64,000 bases of DNA from Azolla caroliniana. Lineage: Eukaryota > Plantae > Polypodiophyta. The notes below the pieces were generated by a model, which saw only the letters and a list, made by a program, of their open reading frames with translations, did not search any database and was not told the origin of the DNA. The stretch's first letter is position 1; each line of letters starts with the position of its first letter. The stretch covers positions 930,001-994,000 of the forward strand of contig JBHGNT010000006.1 in assembly GCA_043228905.1 (NCBI GenBank). The letters are read 5' to 3'. A program made the translations under genes and the position numbers. Positions 26,589 to 38,990 of this stretch are shown here, piece after piece.

Positions 26589-29500
26589 TGTAAAAAGAAA
26601 CGTGCGGAAGCAAGTATGAAGACCGAACAGAAGAGAGGAAACTCAGGTTTAATGGAGAGCTTGGGCTTACGCAGTATACGTGGGAGAGACAGAGAGAGAA
26701 ACACAAAAAACTATATTCAACAATAATACTCAATCTGTACATAAGACGTGCTCAGTGAACACTTTTATACAAGCCCTAGAAGGACTGACCGAAGTACTGA
26801 CAGTACTTCAATGCTCATCAAGAGCTCCTACACTAACTCCCAAATATATTCCTCATGGAATATCTTTCCTAACGACCTCCTGGTTTATGCACTCGGCCTA
26901 ACCGATCGGTCCCAACCGATCCGGTCCTCGGCTTCTTCAGCCGATCCGGCCAATGTTGAGCTTGTCTCTCAACACTCCCCCTCAAGCTCAACTTGAGGCT
27001 CTTCGGGATCTTCACAGCTCCGGTTCCTCCTGGCTTCACGCCTCGATCACGCTCCTCGACCTGTTCGACTCTACGCGCTTCGACCCTTCCGGTCGGCTTG
27101 TCTGCTCATGCGGCCCTTATCAGCTCTTCTGCTGTTGAGGTGTTGACGCTTCTCCTGCTGCCTTTTCTTCCGCTTGGGCCTCGGTTGATTGAGCGTATCT
27201 GAATCACACATCTGAACTGACTCGACTACCTCCGATCGGTCTTCGCTCTTGTCCGAGTTGGCTGTCTCCAACTCGTCTTCGGTCTTCTTGCCTTCGATGG
27301 CATCATCTTCCCCATGCGAGGTTGGCTTCGGCTCTTTCCTTCGGCTTCTCCCCTTCTGTCCGCTTTCGGACTTTTCCGTGGGTCCGCCCTCGGCTTCTTC
27401 AGCCGGTCCGGAGTCGAACTCGACAACCGAGTCAACCGACTCGGTGGTGTCGCGGTCTCCGCTCCTTTCCTGTTGCCTTGCTTGGTCGTTCGGGACTGTT
27501 CTCCCCCTCAAGTTCGGCACGTCAAGGTGACGCAAACCGAGCGCACCTGAGAATTGCCGCAACTTGTCCAGAACAAGAGGCTTGGTGAAGATGTCGGCAG
27601 CCTGCCGATCCGTCGGAACGTACTGAAGTTCGACTTCACCGGAAAGGACACGCTCACGGACGAAATGATAGTGCACCTCAATGTGCTTGGTCCGTGCGTG
27701 AAAAACGGGGTTCTTCGCGAGCTGGATGCTGCTGAGGTTGTCGCAGTAGATCGTCGTCGGATCTGACACCTCCTCTTGCAGGTCCTTAAGTAGCCGCTTC
27801 AACCATATGGCTTCACATGTCGCGACAGCCGCTCCTCGGTACTCAGCTTCGGTGCTCGACAGTGCAAGTGTCGGCTGCTTCTTACTGCTCCACGCGATCG
27901 CGGCACTCCCGAGGGAGAACGCGTATCCAGACGTGGATCGGCGATCGGTGGCGTTGCCAGCCCAATCAGCATCGGTGTAGCTGACTAACTGCGCGGCTGC
28001 ACTAATCCGATATAGCAGTCCGCGGTCCTTAGTGCCGCTTACGTACCGAAGTACGCGTTGCGCACACTGAAGGTGCTCCTCGGTAGGTCGCGCCATGAAC
28101 TGATTAATCACTCCGACCGGATAACTGAGGTCGGGTCGGGTGATGGTCAAGTATATGAGGCTACCGAAAATTTGTCGGAACCTTGTCGGGTCGCATACCT
28201 TTCCCGTATCGGGATGAAGCTTGACGGTTCTGTCCAAAGGAGTCGAGATGGACTTACAGTCGGCCATCCCGAGTTTGAAGAGCATACTCAGCACGTAATG
28301 ACGTTGGCTGATCAATATGCCTTCGGGGGTACGGATCACTTCGATCCTGAGGAAGTAATGAAGGTTCCCCAGATCCTTCATGTCGAACGATGCCGCAAGC
28401 TGGAGCTTCACGCGGTCGATTTCACCTAGATCGGCGCTGGTGATGACCAAGTCATCAACATACAGTAAAATACTAACCGGTCCGAGTCGACCTTTCTGGA
28501 TGAACAGGGAAGAGTCCGATTTTGACGTAACGAAGCCCAACCGACGCAATTGTTGTGTGATCTTCGCGTTCCAGGCACGCGGGGCTTGCTTCAGTCCGTA
28601 AAGGGACTTCTTCAGTCGGCATACTGCCGAGGAGTTCGTTCCGGAGTGAAATCCGGGGGGCTGTACCATGTACACCTGTTCCTCAAGGTCACCTTGCAGG
28701 AACGCATTCTTTACATCCATCTGATGTAAGTGCCACCCCTTGGCCGCGGCTACTGCAAGCAAAACACGGACGGTCGTCATTTTTGCGACCGGCGCAAACG
28801 TCTCATCGTAGTCGATGCCGTGTTTCTGCGCGTAGCCCTTTGCCACTAGCCGAGCCTTGTACCGATTGACCGAGCCATCGGTGTTGTACTTGACCTTGTA
28901 CACCCATCTACACCCGATCGACTTCACACCCTTCGGTGCGTCAACCAGGAGCGTAACATGTAGCGGATACAGTGAGTGTATCTTGGGTCCTCTAGCAAGC
29001 AGGAGGTTCCCCCTGTGGAGTGTCCACCCTCCCGAAGAAAAACCGACACGAATGCCGTCTTCATCTAGTTGTCCGACTGAGATCAATGGCCTTGAGAGCT
29101 CGGGTACATGTCGGACATTGTGAAGTACAAGTGTAGAGCCACCTGCAAGGTTGAGCTCTACTGTGCCGATTCCGATGATGTCACAGTGTTGTGAGTTGCC
29201 GACTCGAACTGAGTCGGAGTGACGGATCGTATATTGCCGAAATTGGGATCTATGAGGAGTCACGTGAAATGACGCGCCCGAATCCAAGAGCCATGTGCTT
29301 GATTCTTCAGTCGTGAGCAGAACTTCTGAGCCGACTGGATTTTCGATTGATAGTATATTCGGGTCGTTTGGTAGCACATCAGCTGAGAAGCTGACGTAAT
29401 TGATCTCCTCATGCCGGCCACTCTTCTTGTTGTTCTTGTTCTTGAGTGCACGGCAGTCGGCTTTGATGTGTCCGGGTTTCTTGCAATAGTTGCAGATTCG

Positions 29501-31202
29501 GTTATCCCGTGACTGGCTCCGTCTTCGCTGATTGTTCGACGGCCGTGAGGAATCTCTTCCTCGTATGTTCGATCGGTCTGTCGAACCTTGTACTACGTAA
29601 GCGTCGTCTGTTGAGTCTTTGGCGAAAGACTTTCTCCGAGCTGCTTCGGTCAGGATTGCGCTCGTGACTTCGGAGTATTTAACAGCCGTGGTTGACGCGC
29701 TGCACACGGTTGTGACGAAAGTTTCCCATGATGACGGAAGGCTGCTCATGAGTATCATTGCTCTGAGTTCATCCTCGATTGCCGTCCCCTGTGACGAGAT
29801 TTGGGAGCTTATGCTTTCGTACTCATTGAGATGTGCTTGAACCGAATCAGATTCTTTCATCCGCAAGTTGTAGAGGCGCCGGATCAGAAACATCTTCGTT
29901 GCGGCGACCTTCTTTTCGTAAGTGTCCGATAGTGTTTTCCACAGTTCGAATGCTGTCGTACACGATTGCACCGTAAAATATACCGATTCCGATAGGTGCA
30001 TCCGAATCGTGGCGCGGACGATTCTGTCCAGCTTCTGCCACTCAATTGGTTTGTATCCTTCTGGAGGTTCTTCATTTTCGATGGGATCGATTTGCCCCTT
30101 GACTATGAGATAGTCCTGCATTTGCTCCTTCCAGAAGTTGAAGTTCGATCCATCGAACTTTCGTAGACTCATTTCTGACGAGCCGGATGTTGATGCCATC
30201 AAATTTGGTTTCGGTTGACGAAGCTCGGTTCGGAGTTGACTACGAACCTTGTGGGAGTGCAGCCGGTTGGCTCACCCGATATCGTTCTAGTCGGATTTGA
30301 ACCCGAGTCGGTTCGGCTTCGGATATATGTATTGTTGAACTTGCTCGAATTGACTCCGGTAACTTGAGGGACAGAACCGACTGGTCTTCCCGAATGTTGC
30401 CGAGTCGGAGTGAGCCCGGTTCGCTTCGGATATATGTGCCGAATACCGATTATTGAAACCGATTGTCTGGGCCGATTCTGCTTCGGGTGGCTGCAGCGAC
30501 GAGAGAGACAGATCCAACTGATCCTCTCGAATGTCGATCAGCCGGATGAAGCACGAATTGGGGTTGTTGTCTTGAGACCGATCTGCACCGAGTGGTTACA
30601 ATGAGCGGCGAGCAGCGTTTGGTGACCTCTTCGGATGCCGTTTAACCGAGTGGAGCACGATCGTGTCAATGTTGCACAAGGGGATTTCACCTCGAGCGGT
30701 TACGATCACAAGGAACAGAGTACAACCTGTTGGCTTACTCCAAGCGAAGATGATCTAACGCGATGAGATGCGAGCCTCATTTTTCTTCTTCTTCTCTCTT
30801 CTTCGAATGACGCAAGAAACTGAATGCTGTGCAGGCTGAGACGACGTCCGACAGCGGATTGAAGGACCGAATACTGTGCGTGCTCTGATACCAGATGTTG
30901 GAGATCAAAGTCGTCTATGCGGAAGATCAAGAAGCATTCGATTCTGTTCTAAGTACCTGCGTATGATCGTTTCTGAGGTCGTGCACAGAGATGGAGAGAG
31001 AGAGAGAGAGAGAGAGGCACAAAAGACTCTTTATTCCACAAAGCAATAATACAACACCCAACCTTACAAAAAGGTTACAAGGTCACTATATATAGTGACC
31101 GACTTAGGGCAACTACCCTTTATGCTAATTACACAAATGGCCCAAACTTGAGCTATAGAAAGGGATAGTGTGAATACGTCCATTATACACTTGTATTCGA
31201 CA
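26589..31202 (-). mobile_element. Chimeric copia: 5' LTR 30896-31202, PBS and gag-PR of one family joined to RT-RNase H, PPT and 3' LTR 26589-26974 of another
   Basis: The two LTRs share no similarity. PBS TGGTATCAGAGC at 30882-30893 (tRNA-iMet); PPT GAGGGGGAG at 26975-26983; no integrase. Confidence 0.85.
27071..30202 (-). CDS. Chimeric Gag-PR-RT-RNase H polyprotein lacking integrase (1043 aa)
   Basis: CNYCKKPGHIKADC zinc knuckle and WLLDSGAS protease run directly into LVDAPKGVKSIGCRW, YVDDL and ADIFTK. Junction at about 28950. Confidence 0.85.
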   Translation of the reverse strand: MMASTSGSSEMSLRKFDGSNFNFWKEQMQDYLIVKGQIDPIENEEPPEGYKPIEWQKLDRIVRATIRMHLSESVYFTVQSCTTAFELWKTLSDTYEKKVAATKMFLIRRLYNLRMKESDSVQAHLNEYESISSQISSQGTAIEDELRAMILMSSLPSSWETFVTTVCSASTTAVKYSEVTSAILTEAARRKSFAKDSTDDAYVVQGSTDRSNIRGRDSSRPSNNQRRRSQSRDNRICNYCKKPGHIKADCRALKNKNNKKSGRHEEINYVSFSADVLPNDPNILSIENPVGSEVLLTTEESSTWLLDSGASFHVTPHRSQFRQYTIRHSDSVRVGNSQHCDIIGIGTVELNLAGGSTLVLHNVRHVPELSRPLISVGQLDEDGIRVGFSSGGWTLHRGNLLLARGPKIHSLYPLHVTLLVDAPKGVKSIGCRWVYKVKYNTDGSVNRYKARLVAKGYAQKHGIDYDETFAPVAKMTTVRVLLAVAAAKGWHLHQMDVKNAFLQGDLEEQVYMVQPPGFHSGTNSSAVCRLKKSLYGLKQAPRAWNAKITQQLRRLGFVTSKSDSSLFIQKGRLGPVSILLYVDDLVITSADLGEIDRVKLQLAASFDMKDLGNLHYFLRIEVIRTPEGILISQRHYVLSMLFKLGMADCKSISTPLDRTVKLHPDTGKVCDPTRFRQIFGSLIYLTITRPDLSYPVGVINQFMARPTEEHLQCAQRVLRYVSGTKDRGLLYRISAAAQLVSYTDADWAGNATDRRSTSGYAFSLGSAAIAWSSKKQPTLALSSTEAEYRGAAVATCEAIWLKRLLKDLQEEVSDPTTIYCDNLSSIQLAKNPVFHARTKHIEVHYHFVRERVLSGEVELQYVPTDRQAADIFTKPLVLDKLRQFSGALGLRHLDVPNLRGRTVPNDQARQQERSGDRDTTESVDSVVEFDSGPAEEAEGGPTEKSESGQKGRSRRKEPKPTSHGEDDAIEGKKTEDELETANSDKSEDRSEVVESVQMCDSDTLNQPRPKRKKRQQEKRQHLNSRRADKGRMSRQADRKGRSA

Positions 31203-31966
31203 CGGTCGACATCTTCACTAAAGCCTTAGGAGCATACAAGTTGTGGCACTTCATGACCGATCTCGGAGTGACGATCCCTGGCCTGCCAAGCTTGAGGGGG
31301 AGTACTAAAGACATTACGCAATAACGTGTGGATTCCGCAAGCCGCGCACACTACCCAACAACGCGTGGATTATGCAACCACGCAACGAAGCTGCGAAGAA
31401 AGACGCAAGGCAAAGCACAGACTTCGCAACTACGCACAACGCAAGCTGGAGCACGGATTCCACAACTCCGCACAAAGCGAGTCGACACGAGTCGACGCGG
31501 ACTCCGGAACGCGAGTCGAAGCGGATTTCAGATACCGTCTGAAACCGACCCGACTTGAGCTTGAGGGGGCGTGTTGAGGATCAAGCTCAACTTGGTCTAG
31601 TGTGTGAACTCACCTTGAGAGTGAATAGACACTCCAACGATCAAGAGTCACCATTAAGTCACCTCTTTGTATTCTTGCATTTAGTATGAGTCATAGAATC
31701 ATATTCTATGACACACAACTTATGAGCTTTCACATTCCTCATGCTCCATGAGCCTTGTAGTTAATGAAGAGAGAGGGTGACTATATAAAGCACCCTCCTC
31801 CCACCTTGTATTGTTTTGAGTCTTTCTCCTTTGTTAATATACTCTTACCTTGCGTATTCTCTGTGTCTTATTCCTTGTCTCTCTCTCACACACACACTCT
31901 CTCTCATACACACACATAACTCATATCTCTTCCGCTTCACAAGAATCCATCTCTTGATTCTTTACA
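31203..31966 (+). mobile_element. Copia family A 3' end with 3' LTR (31572-31966)
   Basis: Close paralogue of 4761-5551. Confidence 0.9.
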
Positions 31967-32336
31967 GACATCTTCCCACTTCTTCCTTAGTAATTCCATT
32001 AACCTTTCCTTTATAACTACATATTTCATTACATCACTTGAAAGCTTAAGATATCATTCATAGCCCATCTTTTGAACCATTTTTTGGTGTCAACTACCCA
32101 ACCATATGAGAGAATTTTGCTCTTGGTATTCTTTTGTAATTTTTATCCAACAATCCAAGCAAGATGTAGTAATCTATGATTTGACATATTCTTGACTTTA
32201 TTGTCATATATATAAATATATACTCTCCATAGTGGCAATAGCCTAACAAGAGGTGGTGGATTTGACCCCCAATTGTCTTCTTAAAAACATCTTTTGAATC
32301 TTCTCAATCTCATTCCATACATTAAGAGGGATATTG

Positions 32337-35270
32337 ATTTTAAAGAGGGACTAATATTTCTAATTCCTAAGGTAAAGTGTATAGTAACGGATGTGAGGCA
32401 ATGGAGACCGATTATGTTGCTCAACACAATCTATAAGATTTTTGCTAATATTCTGGCGCAGAGGGTCAAACCCCACCTGCATGCACTAATTAATGTTGGA
32501 CAAACAGGATTCATGGAAAATAGATGTATAATTGATAATGTGTTGACCTTTTGGGAGCAATTGCCCTGGCAAAGAAAACCAATCAACATATTGCATGTCT
32601 CATGCTTGACTTCAAGAAGGCATATGACAGAGTACAGTGGCCTGTTTTAGATAAAGTCATGGAGCAGCTGGGATTACCCTCAAAATGGATATGAGTTGCG
32701 TTGGCACTTTATAAAGGAAGCTTCAGTAGGGTGTTGGTATTAGGGCAACGGGGCCCATCAATTCCATTATGCAAGTCTGTTAGGCAGGGGTGCCTGTTGG
32801 CCCCCTATCTTTATTTATTTATTTTAGAGGCATTCTCTTTCTTTTTAAATAGACTGGATGCAGGAATTCGGGGATTGGTTGTCCCACATGCTTGCAAGGA
32901 CTTGTTGGACAGATGACACTATGCTCTAACTACAAGGCAATGATGCTAATTTACAGCAGGCTGAAAAACGGATTGAGTTGTTTTGTAAAGCATCAGGTGG
33001 GAAAATTAATTGGAACAAAAGTAGAGGGTTTTGGGTAAGTCCAAACTCATGGCCGCTTTGGCAACCTAATATTGATTTTCAATTGGTTCCTAATGGAAGG
33101 GATGTTAAATATCTAGGCTTTTTGGTGGGAGTAGAGATTCAGAAAAATCAGCAGCTTGAGCAAGTGAAAGACAAAATCAGAAAAAAGCTTCGGTTATGGG
33201 CATCAGTAAAACTTTCCCTTGCAGGTAGAGTGGTTGTGGTAAACCACATTTTGTTGGCCACCATGTGGCACTCGTTGGCATGTTGGATGTTAGATAAAGA
33301 TTACATCAAAAATATTAAGGCAATGGTGAGAGGGTTCCTTTGGTTGGGTAGAGACCACGAGATGGCGTTAGCTAAAGTGGCCTGGAGTTGTTTGATCAAA
33401 GCAAAAAATCAAGGTGGACTAGGGATGGTGGATCCGGTTCACCAAAGTAAGGCTTTACTCAGTAAGCTCCTGGTGCGAAGTCTCCAACCTGGACCAGAAT
33501 TGTGGAAATTGCTTCTTAGAGACAGAACTGAACTCTGGTGTCCGAGGAATGGCGGCCCTTGGAAGGCAAAGAAGTGGTGGTTGTTCAGTCCAGGACTAAA
33601 GTTAAAAGAACCTACTAGCATGGAGGATAGGGTGGCCCACACCATAATGAGGGCCTGGTCAAGTTTAAGAGAGGGGTTGGTCTTAATGTAGCCAAAAACG
33701 ATGGAGGAACAACTTCGGCAACCACTATTTTGGAACCCCAGGATTAGCGATGATGACGGTATGATGCTTGGCCAAAAAAAATACTTACCATGGGGGCAAA
33801 TGGTAGGGTACAATGTTAGTTCCGTAAGAGAATGGGAAGATTTCAAAAGGAAAAGAAGGGAGGGTCTCGTTGGTAGTCCTAGGTTTACTAGCAGGTTGGA
33901 AAAGGTGACCCATTTGATAGATAAGGCTGTTGATGGTCTAGTTAGGCTGAATGAAGAAGAGGGGGTCTGGTTTGGGTGGTTTGTAGGTGAGGGTGATGCA
34001 CAAATTATCCGAGGCAGATGCCCATCTAATGAGTATCGCTTGTGGGGCAACCTAAGTGTTGTGGCAGACAATGGCCAGTGGTTGGCAGTGCGAGTGGTAG
34101 TGTTGGAAGGTAAGAAGTGGCAAGTAAACCCGAACCCAGGGAAGCTAGAATCTTATTGTAAGCTTTAGATAGTTGACAACAAGCCCATATGTGATTTGGA
34201 TTGGGATCCACTAGAGGTGTGGTGGCAGAAACCGGGAACGGACAAATTGGAACGGTTTTTCGAGTACACTACTAAGTTAGGAAGGCAAATCATTGGCTCC
34301 AAATCGATGGGTGCTACTCTAACTCGCAATAGTTTGAAGGATAAAGGCATTTCTGATGACTTGTTGAAGTCTTTTTGGAGGAGGCTATGGCCGTTCGATA
34401 TGCCAGAAAAAATAAAGCTTTGGTTGTGGCTCCTTAGTCACAAAGCAGTATCGGTGGGGGAGTGGCTTAGGTGTCGTGGTGGTGAGGCTGGTTGCAAGAT
34501 TTGTGGACACCCTTTGGAATCAATTCCTCATTGTTTTTGGAATTGCAAAGAGGCTAGTAACATTTGGGGTAGAAGTCTCAAGATAGTGGCAGCATGCGGC
34601 GTTAATGGGAGAGTTGTATGGGGGTCCGTACAGGGGCTGAAGTTAACAGGAGAAGGATGGGCTGAATAGTTAAACCCCCACGGTCATGGATTTATAGTGT
34701 AGGGTGGCAAGGTGTTTCAACGGGCTGGAGTTCGACCTGGCGCTAACTCAGAATTTTTTGAAGAGATATGGAGGATGGTGGCTTGTTTATCGGTCTAGCA
34801 CATTTGGACTAGGCGGTGTAAGTTTGTTTTTCAACATCAAAAGATCCCTAGCAGTGAGGTGTTATTAAATATATGGTTTGAGTTGGTATCTTGGTTGCGG
34901 GGACAATACGACTCGATTAAGGGGGAATCTGATGCAGTTGAAAGAAATCGATCAAAGTTCTTGCTGAAATGGGGTAATTCTCCTATGGTGGGCAGATCAT
35001 CATCAGGGCCTCAATGGAACTACCAAGCACCCTGATGGTTGTTTCCCCCAATCGTTTCCATCAGTGACTAGGTGTTGTAAATATGTATAGATATGGTACA
35101 AATTACTAGGTTATAGGAGTTAATTGGATACTTTTGTTGAAAATGAGGTGGGGACTGTGTCCACTTTGGTGGGAAGGCCAGAGTGAGGATTGATGAGAGG
35201 AATTTTTGGTCATCTATGATGTAATTTGCTTGCTAACTAATGTGAAGTAGTGTTTTTTTTGGAAAAAAAG
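32337..35270 (+). mobile_element. 5'-truncated L1-type LINE (RT and zf-RVT, pseudogenised) with 13-bp TSD
   Basis: WRPIMLLN, QTGF, DFKKAYD, VRQGCLLAPYLY, KYLGF, GGLG and CKIC...ESIPHCFWNC; A-rich tail. AAGAGGGATATTG flanks it at 32324-32336 and 35271-35283. Confidence 0.92.
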
Positions 35271-35283
35271 AAGAGGGATATTG

Positions 35284-37650
35284 TCTCCCCATACTTCTAC
35301 TCCATAAAGCAGAACTTGTGTTATTGTGGCATTAAATAACATTAGCTTCACTTCCCATCCAGGAGTATAAATCTAGTTGCATTGATTTTCCAACATATAA
35401 TAAATTTTCCAACCAACACTAAGTCTAGACTCAAAGTATACACACCACTTATTTTTGGTGGGTGCATGAGTCATAGCCACACAAACATAGTCTTAACCTA
35501 AGTCAAGCCAACCTACATAAGAAGGTAGTAGTCTTCTTATATAGATAGAAACCTAGGCCCTGGTGTGTTCAGACTTGACTACTTTATATGAAGTGGTCAA
35601 GTGGTAATACACTTAATAATTATCTCATATTGTATGAATTCTAATATACAATTCATAACCTTGTTCTTTTTCGAAATAACCCTAACATACTCATCATAAG
35701 ATTAGGGAAAACTACTAAAAATCTATCTCATGATCAATTATGTTTATGCACATAACAAAATTGTATATTTCCTCCCTTACATGCAAGCATATTAGGGTAT
35801 CTATGAGGTTGGATGGTTCACATTACCATCAGTCTTGTTTTATCCACATTTACAGTTAGTTCACTACTTTGACAAAATGTGCATATAAAAACAATAAGGT
35901 AACTTGTTGCATAAGATTTAGAGCATTTAATCCTTCTTCTCTTGCAACCCTACTCACCACTTCTTCCAATTGATCAATGCATAAAACAAAGAGTAGGCGA
36001 TAATGGACATCCTCTCTTAATCCCCCATGTTACATAAAAAGTATTCTTAGAATCTATTCTCAATTTTTAGTTGACATTTAACTTGCTCATATAATCATGT
36101 AATGGCAACTCCATATTGACTATTCCAAAGCGCACTTCATGGTAATTTATCGAATGTTTTTTTTAAAATCAATTAAACAACAATGGAGTGTCCACCATGG
36201 AGTGTTTTGGCCTAAAACCTGCTTTCCCAAGTGCTCTCATTTGTTTTAACTTTCAACCCATGGACTTACCTTTTAATCCATGATAATGCTATATAATTTA
36301 GCAATAGTCGAGCTCATAATGATTGTGCATAAATTTGATACTCGATTCTTATCTCTTGCTTTTTATTTTGGCTTAATCCAATTCATGAGCCAATCATTCA
36401 ACAAACCTATTTTAATAGCTTGATCTATACTAGTCATGAGAGTTCAATGACGAGTACATGGCATTGTCCATTTTAAGAGCTCACTCGTAATGAGAGTTAC
36501 ATCGATTGACTTTTTCCATTAGCCATATTTTTTGTTCTCTTGTTAATATCTTTAATATGAATGCATGTATTACAAGGTGTTCCAATGTTTTCAACCATAA
36601 GAGCCACTCCCTCATGCCTATATAACCTTCATACATATTCTCGCATCTATTCGTTTGTAAATTTAACTTAGATATCTTCTTTCTTACCATTGAGTTGTCT
36701 CCATGCTAGTTTTAGTTGGAGCTTAAACAACCATTTATTTTTCCTTTCTTGCATTGGAGGTATTGTCTTTTCTTTACTCTCAATGCCTTTCTATATTAGT
36801 GTCATGCCATGACCCCATGACTTTCCCTTTTTGCAAACTTAATGGTTTAAGATATATCTTATCGTCCTCATCAAACCAAGAATTGCATGGGAAATTAGAC
36901 ATTTATGTCCAACAACACAGATTTGAAAGTATTGATATCCTACCTCAATGATGACATCTTTCAAAAGCCTCCACTAGAGCTTTCACAAATGGTTCTCAAC
37001 CTCATTTCCATATATTCTAGCTTTATTGTAACAATGTTGAATGTTGTATCTTTTTTTCCTCTTTCAGTTTACTACATTTGTTTATTGAGTGTGAGGTCCT
37101 AATACAAGGTCTTATGGTCTTAGTCAGAGGATAGAAGACCAAGGTTAAATACATTTACTATGGATAGATCACATGCCTTCATTAATACATAATCTATCAC
37201 ACTTCCTCAACCCGAGGATGATAAATACGTGCGTACATTTGTCCAAGGAAAAACATATGTACATATAAGAATCCTTCCATAATCCGTTAGAATACAATAC
37301 TTTGAGCCATGAAATAGACAAGGATACGTTATATTTTCTTCTGGTATCTTCATATTTTGGTATTTTCCAACCCTATCATTAAAGTGTCCCATAATCAACA
37401 CTTAACCAAGCTTCTAAAAAACAAGTATATTTTGGCATAAGTATGTGAAAAGATCATCACGTTCCAACCCAAATCCATTGTAGTAGTTCGACTCTTTATG
37501 AAGGAAGCTTCATGTGGGTATGTAGAGGTTCTCTATGCCCAAATTAATCTCTATTCATAAGTATCTCTTATAAATAATCATCATACTTTAATAATTTTAT
37601 ATAATTACCTAAGATCTCATGGTATCCATGCTTGTCCAATATTCCCTTTG
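35284..37650 (-). mobile_element. Highly degenerate RTE-type LINE (host of the L1; probably continues at 31967-32336)
   Basis: GIKRGCPLSPTL RT motif at about 35990-36025 and an APE-like LIMGHFNDRVG motif at about 37370-37400; many stops. Confidence 0.6.
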
Positions 37651-37672
37651 GAGTGGGACCATATCAAAATTT

Positions 37673-37813
37673 TAAGGTAGCCATCTATCTTAGGTATGTG
37701 TTTTGTATCATGCCCCCAAGTTTCAACCAAAAAGTGAGACTACATTACTTTTATAAGGTAGTCATCTATCTTAGGTATGTATCTTGCATCATGCCCCCAA
37801 GTTTCAACCAAAA
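37673..37813. repeat. About 60-bp unit repeated with 81-bp period
   Basis: taaggtag.catctatcttaggtatgt...catgcccccaagtttcaaccaaaa occurs twice. Confidence 0.75.
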
Positions 37814-38990
37814 ATATAACATCAATACTTTACGCTAGATCACTTAATCCTAACCCCTTGAGGAACAAGCTACAAGAGGGAATATAGGATCATTGGAACA
37901 ATGTAGAGGCCTTATAGTTGGATCATAGACGAGTTCATGTTCTTAATCGCAAGACTCCAAGCAATTTTACACAATGCATTTGCATGTAGATTGACAAAGC
38001 ATGTAATTTGCATTAGTTCTATCATCAATTTCTTCTTGAGAAAGTATGTACCTTGGTCCTGAACCTTGGGTGGTGTTAGGAGGCCATCCCTCCAAATTTG
38101 ATCCGTCTTGCACAAGTAGAAGACAATTCATCCACAATGCAAATGTTGGTCCCTCCAAGGTTGTGGTTGTCAGCAAAGTGAGGTTTTGGGCTTTCCTATT
38201 CTTTGGTGAGTTTTCCTACCCCAACTTCTATATTTCCTTTTTCTTTCTCATCTTCGCTTTGATTTTTTCCCATGATATGCACCACCATTCACCTCTTGTC
38301 ACTAGTTTTGTGTATTTTTTGCAGAAAACACAAACAAAACCTAAAAAACACGGGATGTTCATCTTGCATATATCAATGCACACTAAATTCCCAAAAGGAT
38401 GATCCCTCTACCTCAAACATCAATTTTGCAAACCCTTAGCCTCAAAATAAACCCTCTATCTCAGGCCATTCCAAGCAAATTCACCAAGTTTGGCTTCAAA
38501 GAACTTCAACCAGAAGCTTGAATACAACCCTAATGAGGATTTCAAATGTGGAAATTTTACCTTGTTAGTATAGAGAACTACCACTACCACTACCATCATC
38601 TTAATATTGACCTCCAAAACTCCCCCTTCTCATGTTGATACAACCCAATGTCCTTCAACAATATCATTGCCACCTAAAAGTTATGGTTATGAATAGCCAC
38701 AACATTCACAAAATTAAACCATATAAATCAAAATCATATTTTCTCATAAAGTTGTAGTGCCTTGTTTCCTAACAAACTAGAACAAAAGGATGAGAAAGAT
38801 TAACAGGGAGCATAAATTATTATGTGCACACACTATAACCATACTCTATTTATTTACTCCAATAAAAAACACTTAGCTTCATGTAATCAGGTTTTACTGA
38901 TTTAGAAGCAGTTAGCTTATCAAAGCTTAAAAGCTGTTCCGTGCTCAAGCATTTATGTCCTTTATATAGAAAAGTAGAGAATGCACTCTT

